Source: an uncultured Bacilli bacterium
GTDB taxonomy: Bacteria; Bacillota_I; Bacilli_A; RFN20; CAG-826
Length of the DNA stretch: 64,000 nucleotides
Reading direction: 5' to 3'
Assembly: GCA_944336335.1 (NCBI GenBank)
Contig: CALVLC010000001.1
Location: 1,508 to 65,507, forward strand
The position numbers and the translations under genes were made by a program. Shown here in pieces: positions 39,320 to 49,136 of the stretch. The notes beneath the pieces were generated by a model. That model did not search any database. It had not been told where the DNA came from and saw only the letters and a list, made by a program, of their open reading frames with translations. How positions within the stretch are numbered: the first letter of the stretch is position 1; each line of letters begins with the position of its first letter.

Positions 39320-40561
39320 TCATCCCTCGTCATCTTCATCAAAGAAACTTGTGCCATCGTCAATATCTTCTTCATATTGGCCATTTGGTTTTAGGTTCTC
39401 TTTGGCTGGCTTATCGTAATTTTTATACTTATCTTCTTTAGTAACCTTTTGATCTCTTCTATTAAAGTCTTCTAAACAATCGAGTGTATTTTTGCAGCCT
39501 TTTCTAACCAAAGTAGTTGCTATTTTAAGAACATAGTTCCTATTAAGTTCGCCGTTTTGAATTCTTAAAACACGATCAATTAAGGCATTAATCATACCAT
39601 TAGACAATCCAACATTGGCACTCAATTCTTCTATTAAATTTAAGTCTGCTTCGCTTAAATCAACACCGTTTTGCTTTGACTTAAGGAATTTAACAGGTGA
39701 GGTGCTTTCATAGAATCTAACAAGATTAGCTACATCACTTGTTGAATTAATTTTTGTAATTTTTTCAGTTTTATTGGCTGAAACACGATAACTTTTAACA
39801 TATGTTCTTGCTAAATTTTTAAGTTTATTTTTATCTACTTTGTTGCCTTTAAACTCTTCAACTAAGAAACATTCGGTTAAAAGTCCTCCTATATCTTTTT
39901 CTTTAAGTCCATATAAAGTTGCAATGTGTCTAATATATTCGATTTCTTCATCGGTTAAAGAACTAACTTTTATTTGAGTATTATTTTTCAAGTAATTAAT
40001 AAATTTGATCTCGCTGAAATCATCACGAAGTTCATTTTTATTATATCCTTCAAGAGTCATCCCCTTGTTTAAATCTAAAACGCTAGGATTAAAATCAATC
40101 ATAAATGATTCATCAACTTTTGCGGATATGTTTTCATAATCTTTATAGTTTCGCTTAATTTCATACTTTTTAAGGATCTTTTCAGCTTCATCATTTCCCA
40201 CTCTTTGACAAAATAACCCTTTCAAAGTCAAGTTATTAAAGAAATTTTTAGGTGTTAAAACATCAGTAACAATTAAAATATATTTTTCTTCTTTTTTATT
40301 TTTCAAAAAGGAAATTAAACCAATACTTTCAAGCGTTTTTTTAGCAAGTAAGAAATTTTGAAGGTTAAGTTGGGAATCTTTAACCAAAGTTTCCAAAGAA
40401 GTAATCTTGTCTTCATTCTTTACTTCATTTGCTAAAAATAAATATAAAAAAGTTGCATCGCTTCCGATTAAAGGCAGATACAAATCAAAAAGGAATTTTG
40501 AACCTTCAAAATTTAAAAGTCCATTCTTAACAAGTTTAATTTCACTACTTAAATCAATCAT
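39320..40561 (-). CDS. DnaB/DnaD-domain replication initiation (membrane attachment) protein
   Basis: 413 aa with an acidic C-terminal tail. Its position directly upstream of the dnaI-like gene and the internal repeats of DnaD-like helices (LYGL...IG.LL, NGMINALIDRVL) support the call. This is not the replicative helicase. Confidence 0.5.
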   Translation of the reverse strand: MIDLSSEIKLVKNGLLNFEGSKFLFDLYLPLIGSDATFLYLFLANEVKNEDKITSLETLVKDSQLNLQNFLLAKKTLESIGLISFLKNKKEEKYILIVTDVLTPKNFFNNLTLKGLFCQRVGNDEAEKILKKYEIKRNYKDYENISAKVDESFMIDFNPSVLDLNKGMTLEGYNKNELRDDFSEIKFINYLKNNTQIKVSSLTDEEIEYIRHIATLYGLKEKDIGGLLTECFLVEEFKGNKVDKNKLKNLARTYVKSYRVSANKTEKITKINSTSDVANLVRFYESTSPVKFLKSKQNGVDLSEADLNLIEELSANVGLSNGMINALIDRVLRIQNGELNRNYVLKIATTLVRKGCKNTLDCLEDFNRRDQKVTKEDKYKNYDKPAKENLKPNGQYEEDIDDGTSFFDEDDEG

Positions 40562-40713
40562 CTTTAAAATTATACATTAAAAACCAAGAATTATTAGATG
40601 AATTTTTTTCAACTTTCATCCGAGAAGATTCCACTATATTTAACTAGTTTAAATATAGAAATTAACATTAATATTCACTATAATTATTTTAAGTGTTTAG
40701 GAGGTTAAACCTA

Positions 40714-41673
40714 ATGGTTAAAAAAATAGGTATTCTTACAAGTGGCGGCGATGCCCCAGGAATGAACGCAGCACTTGTTGGTGCAATAAGAACAGGATAT
40801 AAACTCGGAAAAGAAATGTATGTTGTTTATGATGGTTACAAGGGTTTATTAGATAATAATTTCGTTAAAGTTAAACCAGACTTTGCTGAAGATAAAATGT
40901 CTTCCGGTGGAACTGTTATTAAAACAAAACGTCTCCCAGAATTTAAAGAAGAAAGCGTTAGAAAAGAAGCTGTCAAAAATCTTCAAAAAGAAGGAATTGA
41001 AGCTTTAATCGTTATTGGTGGCGATGGAAGCTATATGGGAGCTAAAAAATTAACCGAAATGGGAATCAATTGTGTTGGTCTTCCAGGAACAATTGATAAT
41101 GATATAGCAAGTAGCGATGTTACAATTGGTTTTGACACCGCTTTAAATAATATTGTTTCAGCTGTTGATAAGATTGGCGAAACAATGTCATCACACAATA
41201 GATGCTGTGTTGTTGAAATCATGGGGAATAACTGTCCAGATTTAACTTTATATGCTGCTATTGCTTGCAATGCTGACTACATGATTACAATTGATCGTCC
41301 ATATGATGAAAAAGACTTAATGGAAACTTTAAAAGCTAAAAAAGCTGCCGGTCAAGATCACGTCCTTGTTTTTGTTGCTGAAAAATTACTTGATGTTAAT
41401 GCTTTAGCTAAAAAAATTATGGCAGAAACTGGATGGGATACTAGAGCTGATGTTTTAGGTTATATTCAAAGAGGTGGAACTCCTTCTGCTATGGAAAGAT
41501 TTAATGCAGTTAGAATGGGTTCTTATGCTGTCGAACTTTTAGACCAAGGAATTGGTGGAGTTTGCGTTGGTCTTGTTGACAATAAATTAAAATATTATGA
41601 CATTATCGAATCCTTTGATTTGGAAAGAAACAAACATGAGGATTTATATAAAACATTTGATTTAATCAAGTAA
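40714..41673 (+). CDS. pfkA: ATP-dependent 6-phosphofructokinase
   Basis: MVKKIGILTSGGDAPGMNA, GGDGSY, PGTIDND and GYIQRGG. AGGAGG lies 9 nt before the ATG at 40714; the ORF-track start is an upstream GTG. Confidence 0.9.
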   Translation: MVKKIGILTSGGDAPGMNAALVGAIRTGYKLGKEMYVVYDGYKGLLDNNFVKVKPDFAEDKMSSGGTVIKTKRLPEFKEESVRKEAVKNLQKEGIEALIVIGGDGSYMGAKKLTEMGINCVGLPGTIDNDIASSDVTIGFDTALNNIVSAVDKIGETMSSHNRCCVVEIMGNNCPDLTLYAAIACNADYMITIDRPYDEKDLMETLKAKKAAGQDHVLVFVAEKLLDVNALAKKIMAETGWDTRADVLGYIQRGGTPSAMERFNAVRMGSYAVELLDQGIGGVCVGLVDNKLKYYDIIESFDLERNKHEDLYKTFDLIK

Positions 41674-41683
41674 GGAATTAAAT

Positions 41684-43147
41684 ATGGAAAACGTAAATTT
41701 AACCAAGAAAACTAAAATCGTTTGTACTATTGGTCCAGCAAGTGACAACATGGAAATGTTAAGAAAACTTATTGCCAATGGTATGAACATAATGAGAATG
41801 AATTTCTCTCATGGCGATTACAATGAGCAACTTAAAAAACTTCAACTTGCAAGAGAGCTTGAAAAAGAAGGAATCTATATTGCTACAATGCTCGACACCA
41901 AAGGTCCTGAAATTAGATGTCATGATATGAAAGATGATAAAATCTTAATTCAAAAAGACCAAATTACTAGAATTTCAATGAAAAAAGTTTTAGGTACTCC
42001 AGAAAAAATTTCTGTTACCTTCGATAAACTTTATGACGATGTTGAAATTGGTGCTCATATTAAGATTGACGATGGTAAACTCGACCTTGAAGTCATTGAT
42101 AAAGATCCTGAAAACCATGAAATTATTACAAAAGCTTTAAATACACATGCTATCAGCTCTAAAAAAGGTGTTAACTGTGCTGGTGCAAAATTAAACTCAC
42201 TTCAATTTATTTCTAAAAAAGATGAACAAGATTTAATTTGGGGCTGTGAAAATGGAGTTGATTTTATCAGTGCTTCATTTGTCCGCTGCGCGAAAGATGT
42301 TCAAGATATTAGAGATATTTTAATTGCTCACGGCCATCCAGAAATTAAAATTATTTCTAAAATTGAAAACTATCAAGCTATGGATTGCCTTGAAGAAATC
42401 GTCAATGAAAGCGATGGAATCATGGTTGCAAGAGGTGATTTAGGACTTGAAATTCCTGAAGAGGAAGTTCCAATTGTTCAAAAGAAACTTATCGATATGT
42501 GTAGAAGAAAAGGAAAACCAGTCATTACTGCTACTCAAATGCTTGATTCAATGATGAAATCTCCAATTCCTACTCGTGCTGAAGTCAGCGATGTTGCTAC
42601 TGCTATTACTGAATCTACAGATTGTGTTATGCTTTCTGGCGAATCAGCAAGTGGTGATTATCCAGCTGAAAGTGTTATGATGCAAACCAAGATTGCTCGC
42701 ACTATGGAAAAAACTTTAGATTATGAAGCTTTTGCAAAAGAAGCTTATGATACTTCTAATAAAGACAATAATGATGCTATTGCAAACGCAATTTGTAATA
42801 CTGCTAAATTAATTGGTGCTAAACTTATTGTTTCTTATACAGATTCAGGAAGATCATCAAGAAGAATTTCAAAAGCTCGTCCATGTTGTCCAATTCTTTC
42901 AATTTCTAACAAACTTACAACAGTTAGACAAAATGCAATTTATTGGGGCGTTAACTCAGTTTTATTAAAAACAAAGAGAATGCCTGAATTTATTGAAGAC
43001 ATGGAAGTTGTTGCAATTGTTCATGCAAAGAGATTTGGCTGTAAACCTGGCGATCAAATCTTAATTTCTGGCGGAACTCCTACTGGAAGTGGCCGTACAA
43101 ACTTCATGAGAATCGTCACTATTCCTCAAGAAAGAGATTTATTATAG
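41684..43147 (+). CDS. pyk: pyruvate kinase
   Basis: KTKIVCTIGPAS, NFSHGD, MVARGDLGLEIP and TQMLDSM. Confidence 0.9.
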   Translation: MENVNLTKKTKIVCTIGPASDNMEMLRKLIANGMNIMRMNFSHGDYNEQLKKLQLARELEKEGIYIATMLDTKGPEIRCHDMKDDKILIQKDQITRISMKKVLGTPEKISVTFDKLYDDVEIGAHIKIDDGKLDLEVIDKDPENHEIITKALNTHAISSKKGVNCAGAKLNSLQFISKKDEQDLIWGCENGVDFISASFVRCAKDVQDIRDILIAHGHPEIKIISKIENYQAMDCLEEIVNESDGIMVARGDLGLEIPEEEVPIVQKKLIDMCRRKGKPVITATQMLDSMMKSPIPTRAEVSDVATAITESTDCVMLSGESASGDYPAESVMMQTKIARTMEKTLDYEAFAKEAYDTSNKDNNDAIANAICNTAKLIGAKLIVSYTDSGRSSRRISKARPCCPILSISNKLTTVRQNAIYWGVNSVLLKTKRMPEFIEDMEVVAIVHAKRFGCKPGDQILISGGTPTGSGRTNFMRIVTIPQERDLL

Positions 43148-43182
43148 TTTACAAAAAAATTAATTAGTTATATTATTTTCTT

Positions 43183-43410
43183 GCGTTGAAAAAGACATGT
43201 TGTTATCCCTCTCTTTTTTAGAGAATGAAGCAATTTGGTGAAAGCTTCTAAAAGATGAATAACAAAACTACTTTGGAGCAATTAAGGAAACTTAACGTTA
43301 ACTTACGAAACAAGTTAAAAATGAGTGATGAAAGAAAAACAAATTCTTTCATAAATAAGGTGGTACCACGTAACTTACGTCCTTAGTCGATTTGACTAAG
43401 GACGTTTTTT
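43183..43410 (+). promoter_or_regulatory. T-box leader (Thr specifier) with terminator, controlling thrS
   Basis: The promoter is TTTACA-17-TATTAT at 43148-43176. Stem I carries AGAGA and GGTGAAAG elements, and ACU sits in the candidate specifier region (aaaACUacu). The conserved T-box AAGGTGGTACCACG is at 43357-43370. The terminator cgtccttagtc-gattt-gactaaggacg plus T6 is at 43378-43410. Confidence 0.85.
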
Positions 43411-43428
43411 ATTAAAGGGAGTTAAATT

Positions 43429-45363
43429 ATGGAACTTATATTAAAAGATGGTAAAAAAATTAATGTTGAAGAAGGTAAAAACGGACATGATGTTGCTTTA
43501 ACTATTACTGAAAGTTTAGCTAAAGCTTCTCTTGCTTATAAATTAAATGATAAATTATATGATTTATATCGCCCAATTAAAGAAAGCGGTAATTTTGAAC
43601 TTATCACAAAAGATAGTCCAGAAGCTTTTCATATTTTAAATCACTCTGCTGCTCACCTCATGGCAGAAGCTATTTCTCTTCTTTTTAAAGGAGCAAAATT
43701 TGGTGTTGGACCTGCTATTGAAGATGGTTTCTATTATGATGTTGATTTAAATGACTACGTCTTAAAAGAAGAAGATTTAAGAAAAATCGAAGCAAAAATG
43801 AAAGATCTTTCTAAGAAAAATGAATATATTATTAGAGAAGACGTTTCAAAAGAAAAAGCCCTTGAACTTTTTAAAGACGATGAATACAAAGAAGAATTAA
43901 TTAATGAACTTGACGAAAACGATGAAATAAGTGTCTATAGACAAGGCAGTTATTTAGATTTATGCCTTGGACCTCACGTTCCTTCAACTGGCTTTATTAA
44001 GCACTTCAAACTTGATAGCATTGCTGGAGCTTATTGGAGAGGAAATAGTGAAAATAAGCAATTAAGCAGAATTTATGGTATTGCTTGTTTTTCAAAAGAA
44101 GAACTTGCTGAAAAAGAAAGATTAAAAGAAGAAGCTAAAAAAAGAGATCACCGTAAAATTGGTAAAGACCTTGGCTTATTTATGCTTACTGAATATGGTC
44201 CAGGCTTCCCATTCTTCTTACCAAATGGATTAATGCTTAGAAGACAAATTGAATCTTGGTGGTATAAAATTCACGATGAATACGGCTATAAATTAATTAA
44301 AACTCCTATCATTCTTTCAAAAAAATTATGGTTAACTAGCGGTCACTGGGATCACTACAAAGACAACATGTATACCACAAAAATCGACGAAAAAGATTAC
44401 GCTATTAAACCAATGAATTGTCCTGGAGCTATTCTTGTTTATAATAGTGAACTCCACTCCTATAAAGATTTACCACTCAGACTTGGCGAACTTGGTATTG
44501 TTCATAGACATGAAGCAAGTGGCGCATTAAATGGTTTATTTAGGGTTAGAAACTTTACTCAAGATGATGCTCATATTTTCTGTACAAGAGATCAACTTAA
44601 GAGTGAGATTGAAACACTACTTGGCTTATATGACAAGATTTATTCTGTCTTCGGATTAGATTATTCAATCGTTTTATCTACAAAACCAGAAAAAGATTAT
44701 ATTGGCGATGATGAAATCTGGGCTCAAAGCGAAGAAATTTTAGCTGATGCTTGTAAAGCAAGTGGCCATGAATTCAAGATCAACCCAGGTGATGGCGCTT
44801 TCTATGGACCAAAACTTGACTTCAAATTAAAAGATTGTATGGGGAGAATTTGGCAATGTGGAACAATTCAACTCGATATGAACCTTCCAGAAAGATTTGA
44901 TTGTACTTATGTCAATGCTAAAGGCGAAAAAGAAAGACCAATCATGCTTCATAGAGCAATTCTTGGCTCATTTGAAAGATTTATTGGTATTATCACTGAA
45001 CATTTTGCAGGTGCTTTCCCAACATGGTGTGCTCCACTTCAAGTTAAAGTTTTACCAGTTAACCCAAAAATCCATAGTGAATATGCTGAAAAACTTGTTA
45101 GTGGCTTAAGAGCGCATGATTTAAGAGCTGAAATCGATGAAAGTGATGAAAAACTTGGCTATAGATTAAGAAATGCTGTTATCAAGAAAATCCCATATAC
45201 TCTTGTCATTGGTGATAAAGAAATGGAAAATGGAACAGTCACATATCGTAAATATGGAACTGAAAAACAAGTTACTGTTTCTCTTGAAGAATTTGTAAAT
45301 ATGGTTCAAGAAGAAATTAAAACTAAAGCACTTCTTGTTGATCCTAAAAACTTAAAACTTTAA
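43429..45363 (+). CDS. thrS: threonyl-tRNA synthetase
   Basis: 644 aa with a TGS domain at the N-terminus, class II motifs (FRVRNFTQDDAHIF, GTIQLD) and HRAILGSFERF. Confidence 0.95.
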   Translation: MELILKDGKKINVEEGKNGHDVALTITESLAKASLAYKLNDKLYDLYRPIKESGNFELITKDSPEAFHILNHSAAHLMAEAISLLFKGAKFGVGPAIEDGFYYDVDLNDYVLKEEDLRKIEAKMKDLSKKNEYIIREDVSKEKALELFKDDEYKEELINELDENDEISVYRQGSYLDLCLGPHVPSTGFIKHFKLDSIAGAYWRGNSENKQLSRIYGIACFSKEELAEKERLKEEAKKRDHRKIGKDLGLFMLTEYGPGFPFFLPNGLMLRRQIESWWYKIHDEYGYKLIKTPIILSKKLWLTSGHWDHYKDNMYTTKIDEKDYAIKPMNCPGAILVYNSELHSYKDLPLRLGELGIVHRHEASGALNGLFRVRNFTQDDAHIFCTRDQLKSEIETLLGLYDKIYSVFGLDYSIVLSTKPEKDYIGDDEIWAQSEEILADACKASGHEFKINPGDGAFYGPKLDFKLKDCMGRIWQCGTIQLDMNLPERFDCTYVNAKGEKERPIMLHRAILGSFERFIGIITEHFAGAFPTWCAPLQVKVLPVNPKIHSEYAEKLVSGLRAHDLRAEIDESDEKLGYRLRNAVIKKIPYTLVIGDKEMENGTVTYRKYGTEKQVTVSLEEFVNMVQEEIKTKALLVDPKNLKL

Positions 45364-45827
45364 TGAAAACAAATGCAATGCGTATTCTAGATTCTCATAA
45401 AATCAAGTATGAAATCTTTGAATACGCAAGTGATCAAAGTTTAACTGGTGAAGATATTGCTTCAATTTTAAAAGAAGATCCTTCTAAGTGTTTTAAAACA
45501 TTAATTACTGAAGGAAAACCTCATGAATATTATGCTTTTCTTGTTCCAGTAAATAAGGAATTAGATTTAAAGAAAGCAGCTTCTTCTATTAATGAAAAAA
45601 GCGTTTCAATGATTCCTTTTAAAGATTTATTAAAAGTAACTGGCTATATTCATGGAGGTTGTTCACCTCTTGGAATGAAGAAAAACTATCCGGTCACCAT
45701 TGATGAATCGGCTAAAAATTATGAAGAAATTTATCTAAGCGGCGGCAAGGTTGGACTTCAAATAAAGCTGAAATTATCAGATTTAATTTCAATTATTTCT
45801 CCTAATTTTACATCGATTACTAGATAA
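45363..45827 (+). CDS. ybaK: YbaK/EbsC-type Cys-tRNA(Pro) deacylase
   Basis: 154 aa. MKTNAMRILD..., CFKTL and GGCSPLG are typical of YbaK. There is a TAATG overlap with thrS. Confidence 0.7.
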   Translation: MKTNAMRILDSHKIKYEIFEYASDQSLTGEDIASILKEDPSKCFKTLITEGKPHEYYAFLVPVNKELDLKKAASSINEKSVSMIPFKDLLKVTGYIHGGCSPLGMKKNYPVTIDESAKNYEEIYLSGGKVGLQIKLKLSDLISIISPNFTSITR

Positions 45828-45861
45828 AAACCTTGCAAATCTGCAATTAAATTATCTTTTT

Positions 45862-45898
45862 AAAGAAGTTGCCTTAAAATTGGTAACTTCTTTTTTTA
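45862..45898 (+). terminator. rho-independent terminator after ybaK
   Basis: aagaagttgcc-ttaaaatt-ggtaacttctt followed by tttttt. Confidence 0.75.
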
Positions 45899-45956
45899 TA
45901 AAAAAAGACCACCTCCTAAGAGACGGCCTTTACAATTTTAAGTTTTAAATTTTAAC

Positions 45957-46499
45957 TTAGAATGGGAATGTTGCTCCAATTGTTCCTAAATTGAAGTTCA
46001 TGATAGCTCCAGTTAATGAGCCAATACTATCAACAGCAAGTTTAGCATCTTGAATTACCCATGAAGCAATATCTGGAGATACACAGCTTAAACCATATAA
46101 TACCCAAACATAAATATCTGCTAACACAAATCCAATTGCTACACCAGCGGCTAAACCAAGAACTTTATCTAAGAATCTGCCAACAAATCCAGTACCATTT
46201 AATATTCCACCAATAAGTTTCATTACTATGAAAAGAATTAAATAAGTTACTAGGAAGGTTACAACGTAACAGCCAACTAAGACAAGGCCAGAAGCCCACT
46301 CATTAGATGCGAGCCAATTAACAATTGGTTCAACATTGTTGACAAGATAATCAGAAATAGTTCCGCCAAGATAGAAACAGACAAGTCCCGAGCCTGCTAA
46401 GCAGACAAGTTTACTAGATTTTTTAACAAATCCTGAAACAACACCCGATATTGTACTTAAAACTACTAATGCAATAATAACAATATCGCTAATTGACAT
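45957..46499 (-). CDS. CvpA-family membrane protein
   Basis: 180 aa with 4 TMs. The N-terminus MSISDIVIIALVVLSTISGVVSGFVKK is CvpA-like. Confidence 0.5.
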   Translation of the reverse strand: MSISDIVIIALVVLSTISGVVSGFVKKSSKLVCLAGSGLVCFYLGGTISDYLVNNVEPIVNWLASNEWASGLVLVGCYVVTFLVTYLILFIVMKLIGGILNGTGFVGRFLDKVLGLAAGVAIGFVLADIYVWVLYGLSCVSPDIASWVIQDAKLAVDSIGSLTGAIMNFNLGTIGATFPF

Positions 46500-46510
46500 A
46501 AAGTTTTAAA

Positions 46511-47266
46511 TTATTTTGCTTTTCCTTGATTTGCAACAGCATTCATTGCAGCAGCAACTTTTTCTTGGTCGCCAAGATATCTTTTGCTTAAAACGTTGAA
46601 ATGTTCATCGAATTCATAAACTAGTGGGACACCTGTAGGAATGTTAACACCAACGATATCATCATCACTAATCTTGTCAAGATATTTAACAAGAGCTCTT
46701 AAGCTGTTACCATGAGCTGCAATGATAACTCTTTTACCACTGACGATAGCTGGTTTAATTTCGCAATCCCAATATGGTAAAACTCTAGCAACTGTATCTT
46801 TTAAACATTCTGTTAATGGTAAATCATCAACACTAACGTTTCTATATGTTTCTTGATTTGCTGGGTTTCTTGGATCATCAACTTTTAATGCTGGAGGTTG
46901 AACATCATAACTTCTTCTCCAAATTTTAACTTGATCTTCACCATATTTCTCAGCTGTTTCTGATTTATTTAAGCCTTGTAAAGCACCATAATGTCTTTCA
47001 TTTAATCTCCAAGTTTTATGGACTGGGATAAATTCTTCACCCATTTCACCTAAAACAAAGTTTAATGTGTGAATGGCTCTTTTTAAGTATGATGTGTAAG
47101 CAACATCAAAGTGGAAACCTTCTTCTTTTAATAATTTACCGCCAAGTTTAGCTTCTTCAACGCCTTTTTCACTTAATTCAACATCTGTCCAACCTGTGAA
47201 TAAATTTAATTTATTCCATTCAGATTCACCATGTCTAATAAGGACTAATTCATATTTTTTTGACAT
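46511..47266 (-). CDS. gpmA: 2,3-bisphosphoglycerate-dependent phosphoglycerate mutase
   Basis: [10 protein letters not shown] catalytic His motif, RSYDVQPP and [10 protein letters not shown]. Confidence 0.9.
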   Translation of the reverse strand: MSKKYELVLIRHGESEWNKLNLFTGWTDVELSEKGVEEAKLGGKLLKEEGFHFDVAYTSYLKRAIHTLNFVLGEMGEEFIPVHKTWRLNERHYGALQGLNKSETAEKYGEDQVKIWRRSYDVQPPALKVDDPRNPANQETYRNVSVDDLPLTECLKDTVARVLPYWDCEIKPAIVSGKRVIIAAHGNSLRALVKYLDKISDDDIVGVNIPTGVPLVYEFDEHFNVLSKRYLGDQEKVAAAMNAVANQGKAK

Positions 47267-47372
47267 AAAAATCTCCTTTTTTTACAACACATATTCTAAT
47301 ATTTTTGCTAGAATATTTCCATATATAAAAGCAATATTGACTATTGAAAGAAAGAGATTAAAATTTAGGACT

Positions 47373-49136
47373 ATGATTAGGAAATTTGCAAGGTTCATGA
47401 AACCTTATCGCGTTCAATTTATCTTGGGTGTTGTGTGCACTATACTAGAAGCAAGTTGTGAAGTATTCCTTCCTTTTTTAATGAATGTTCTCATAAAAAA
47501 TGGAATTCACACAAACGATAATATCACATATACAATGGATACGGCCTATGTTTTGATGATAGGCGGCGTAATGATTGGTGTTTCACTTTTAGCATTCTTT
47601 TTAGGATTAGGAAGCGCTCGTTTTTCAGCCATTGCTTGTCGTGGATTTGGCTATGAAATAAGAAAAGAACAATACAAGAAAATTCAAGATTATTCATTTA
47701 AAAATTTAGATGAATTTAGAGCTTCTTCTTTAATTACTAGACTTACTAATGATGTTCAAATTTTAAGTGATACTTTATGCGTTTCAATGCGACCTGCTTT
47801 AAGATCGCCATTTATGTTAATTTTCTCTTTAACTTTTGCTTTAATAATTTCTCCAACTTTATCAGTGGTCTTTTTTGTAGCTCTTGTTTTCTTAGGTGCA
47901 ATGATTTTTTCAATAGTTCATATCGTTAAACCTAAATTCTTAATGATTCAAAAGCTACTCGATAACATTAATAGAGTTACTCAAGAATCAATCATTGCTA
48001 TTAAAACAATCAAAGCTTACTATAAAAAAGACTTTGAAATCGAAAAATTCAATAAAGCTAATCAAGAATTAACTGGAACGGCTAGAAAAACTCTTTCAAT
48101 TAATGCTATTGCACTGCCTGCTGGTCAACTTGCAAATTATGGAACAATGATAGCCATTATTTATTTTGGTGGTGTTTTATATATGCAACCAGGTCATGCT
48201 ATTGCTCTTGAAGACATTCAAACTTTCTTAACTTATGTTATGCAACTTTTAGCTACGATTATGATGTTCTCAAACGTCTTAATGGCTATAAATAGATCGA
48301 CCGCTTCATTTTATAGAATCAATCAAGTCCTTGATGCTAATAGTGAAATCATTGATAAAAAAGATTCTAAACTCGAACTTGAAAACGGTGATGTTGAGTT
48401 CAAAAATGTTTTCTTTAAATACAAAGAAGACGCTAAAGAATACGTTTTAAAAGATATCAATTTTTCAATAAAAAATGGGGAATTTGTAGGGATTATTGGT
48501 CAAACAGGCTCTTCTAAATCTACACTTATTTCTTTAATTGACCGTTTTTATGACGCCACGGAAGGCGAAATTTTAATCGGAGATAAAAACATAAAAGATT
48601 ATTCTTTATATGAATTAAGAGAAGGAATTTCTATTTCTTTCCAATCACCACTTCTTTTTAAAGGAACAGTTTTAGATAACTTAAAATGGGGTAATAAAAA
48701 CGCCACTATGGATGAAGTTATTAAAGCTTGTAAAATTGCTGAATGTTATGATTTCATCACAAAACAATTAAGTGATGGATTTAATACTATGATTTCACAA
48801 GGCGGAACTTCAGTTTCAGGCGGTCAAAGACAAAGACTTTGTATCGCTCGTGCAATCCTTAAAAATCCAAAAATTTTAATCCTAGATGATTCTTTCTCAG
48901 CTTTAGATAAAATCACTGAAGCTAAAGTAAAAGAAAATCTAAGAAAAGATTTACCAAATCTAACTAAAATTGTTATCTCTCAAAAAATTAGTGCCATTAA
49001 AGATGCAGATAAAATTATTGTTTTAGATAATGGTGCAATTACAAATATCGGAAAACACGAAGAACTTTTAGAAAAAGATGAAATCTATAAAGATATAGAT
49101 AACTTACAAAAGATTGGAGGTAGTGAAAATGCCTAG
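47373..49136 (+). CDS. ABC exporter permease/ATPase, subunit with degenerate nucleotide-binding motifs
   Basis: Six-TM domain plus an NBD. Walker A is GQTGSSKST, the signature is VSGGQRQR, and Walker B is ILILDDSFSALD (catalytic E replaced by D). The start was set to the ATG at 47373 because the ORF-track N-terminus overlaps gpmA. Confidence 0.85.
   Translation: MIRKFARFMKPYRVQFILGVVCTILEASCEVFLPFLMNVLIKNGIHTNDNITYTMDTAYVLMIGGVMIGVSLLAFFLGLGSARFSAIACRGFGYEIRKEQYKKIQDYSFKNLDEFRASSLITRLTNDVQILSDTLCVSMRPALRSPFMLIFSLTFALIISPTLSVVFFVALVFLGAMIFSIVHIVKPKFLMIQKLLDNINRVTQESIIAIKTIKAYYKKDFEIEKFNKANQELTGTARKTLSINAIALPAGQLANYGTMIAIIYFGGVLYMQPGHAIALEDIQTFLTYVMQLLATIMMFSNVLMAINRSTASFYRINQVLDANSEIIDKKDSKLELENGDVEFKNVFFKYKEDAKEYVLKDINFSIKNGEFVGIIGQTGSSKSTLISLIDRFYDATEGEILIGDKNIKDYSLYELREGISISFQSPLLFKGTVLDNLKWGNKNATMDEVIKACKIAECYDFITKQLSDGFNTMISQGGTSVSGGQRQRLCIARAILKNPKILILDDSFSALDKITEAKVKENLRKDLPNLTKIVISQKISAIKDADKIIVLDNGAITNIGKHEELLEKDEIYKDIDNLQKIGGSENA

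Noticed and set aside
47196-47372. N-terminal 59 codons of the ORF-track version of the first ABC exporter gene
   Set aside because: This part overlaps the gpmA 5' end and promoter region and translates to a non-protein-like sequence. The ATG at 47373 (MIRKFARFMKPYR) gives the normal exporter N-terminus.
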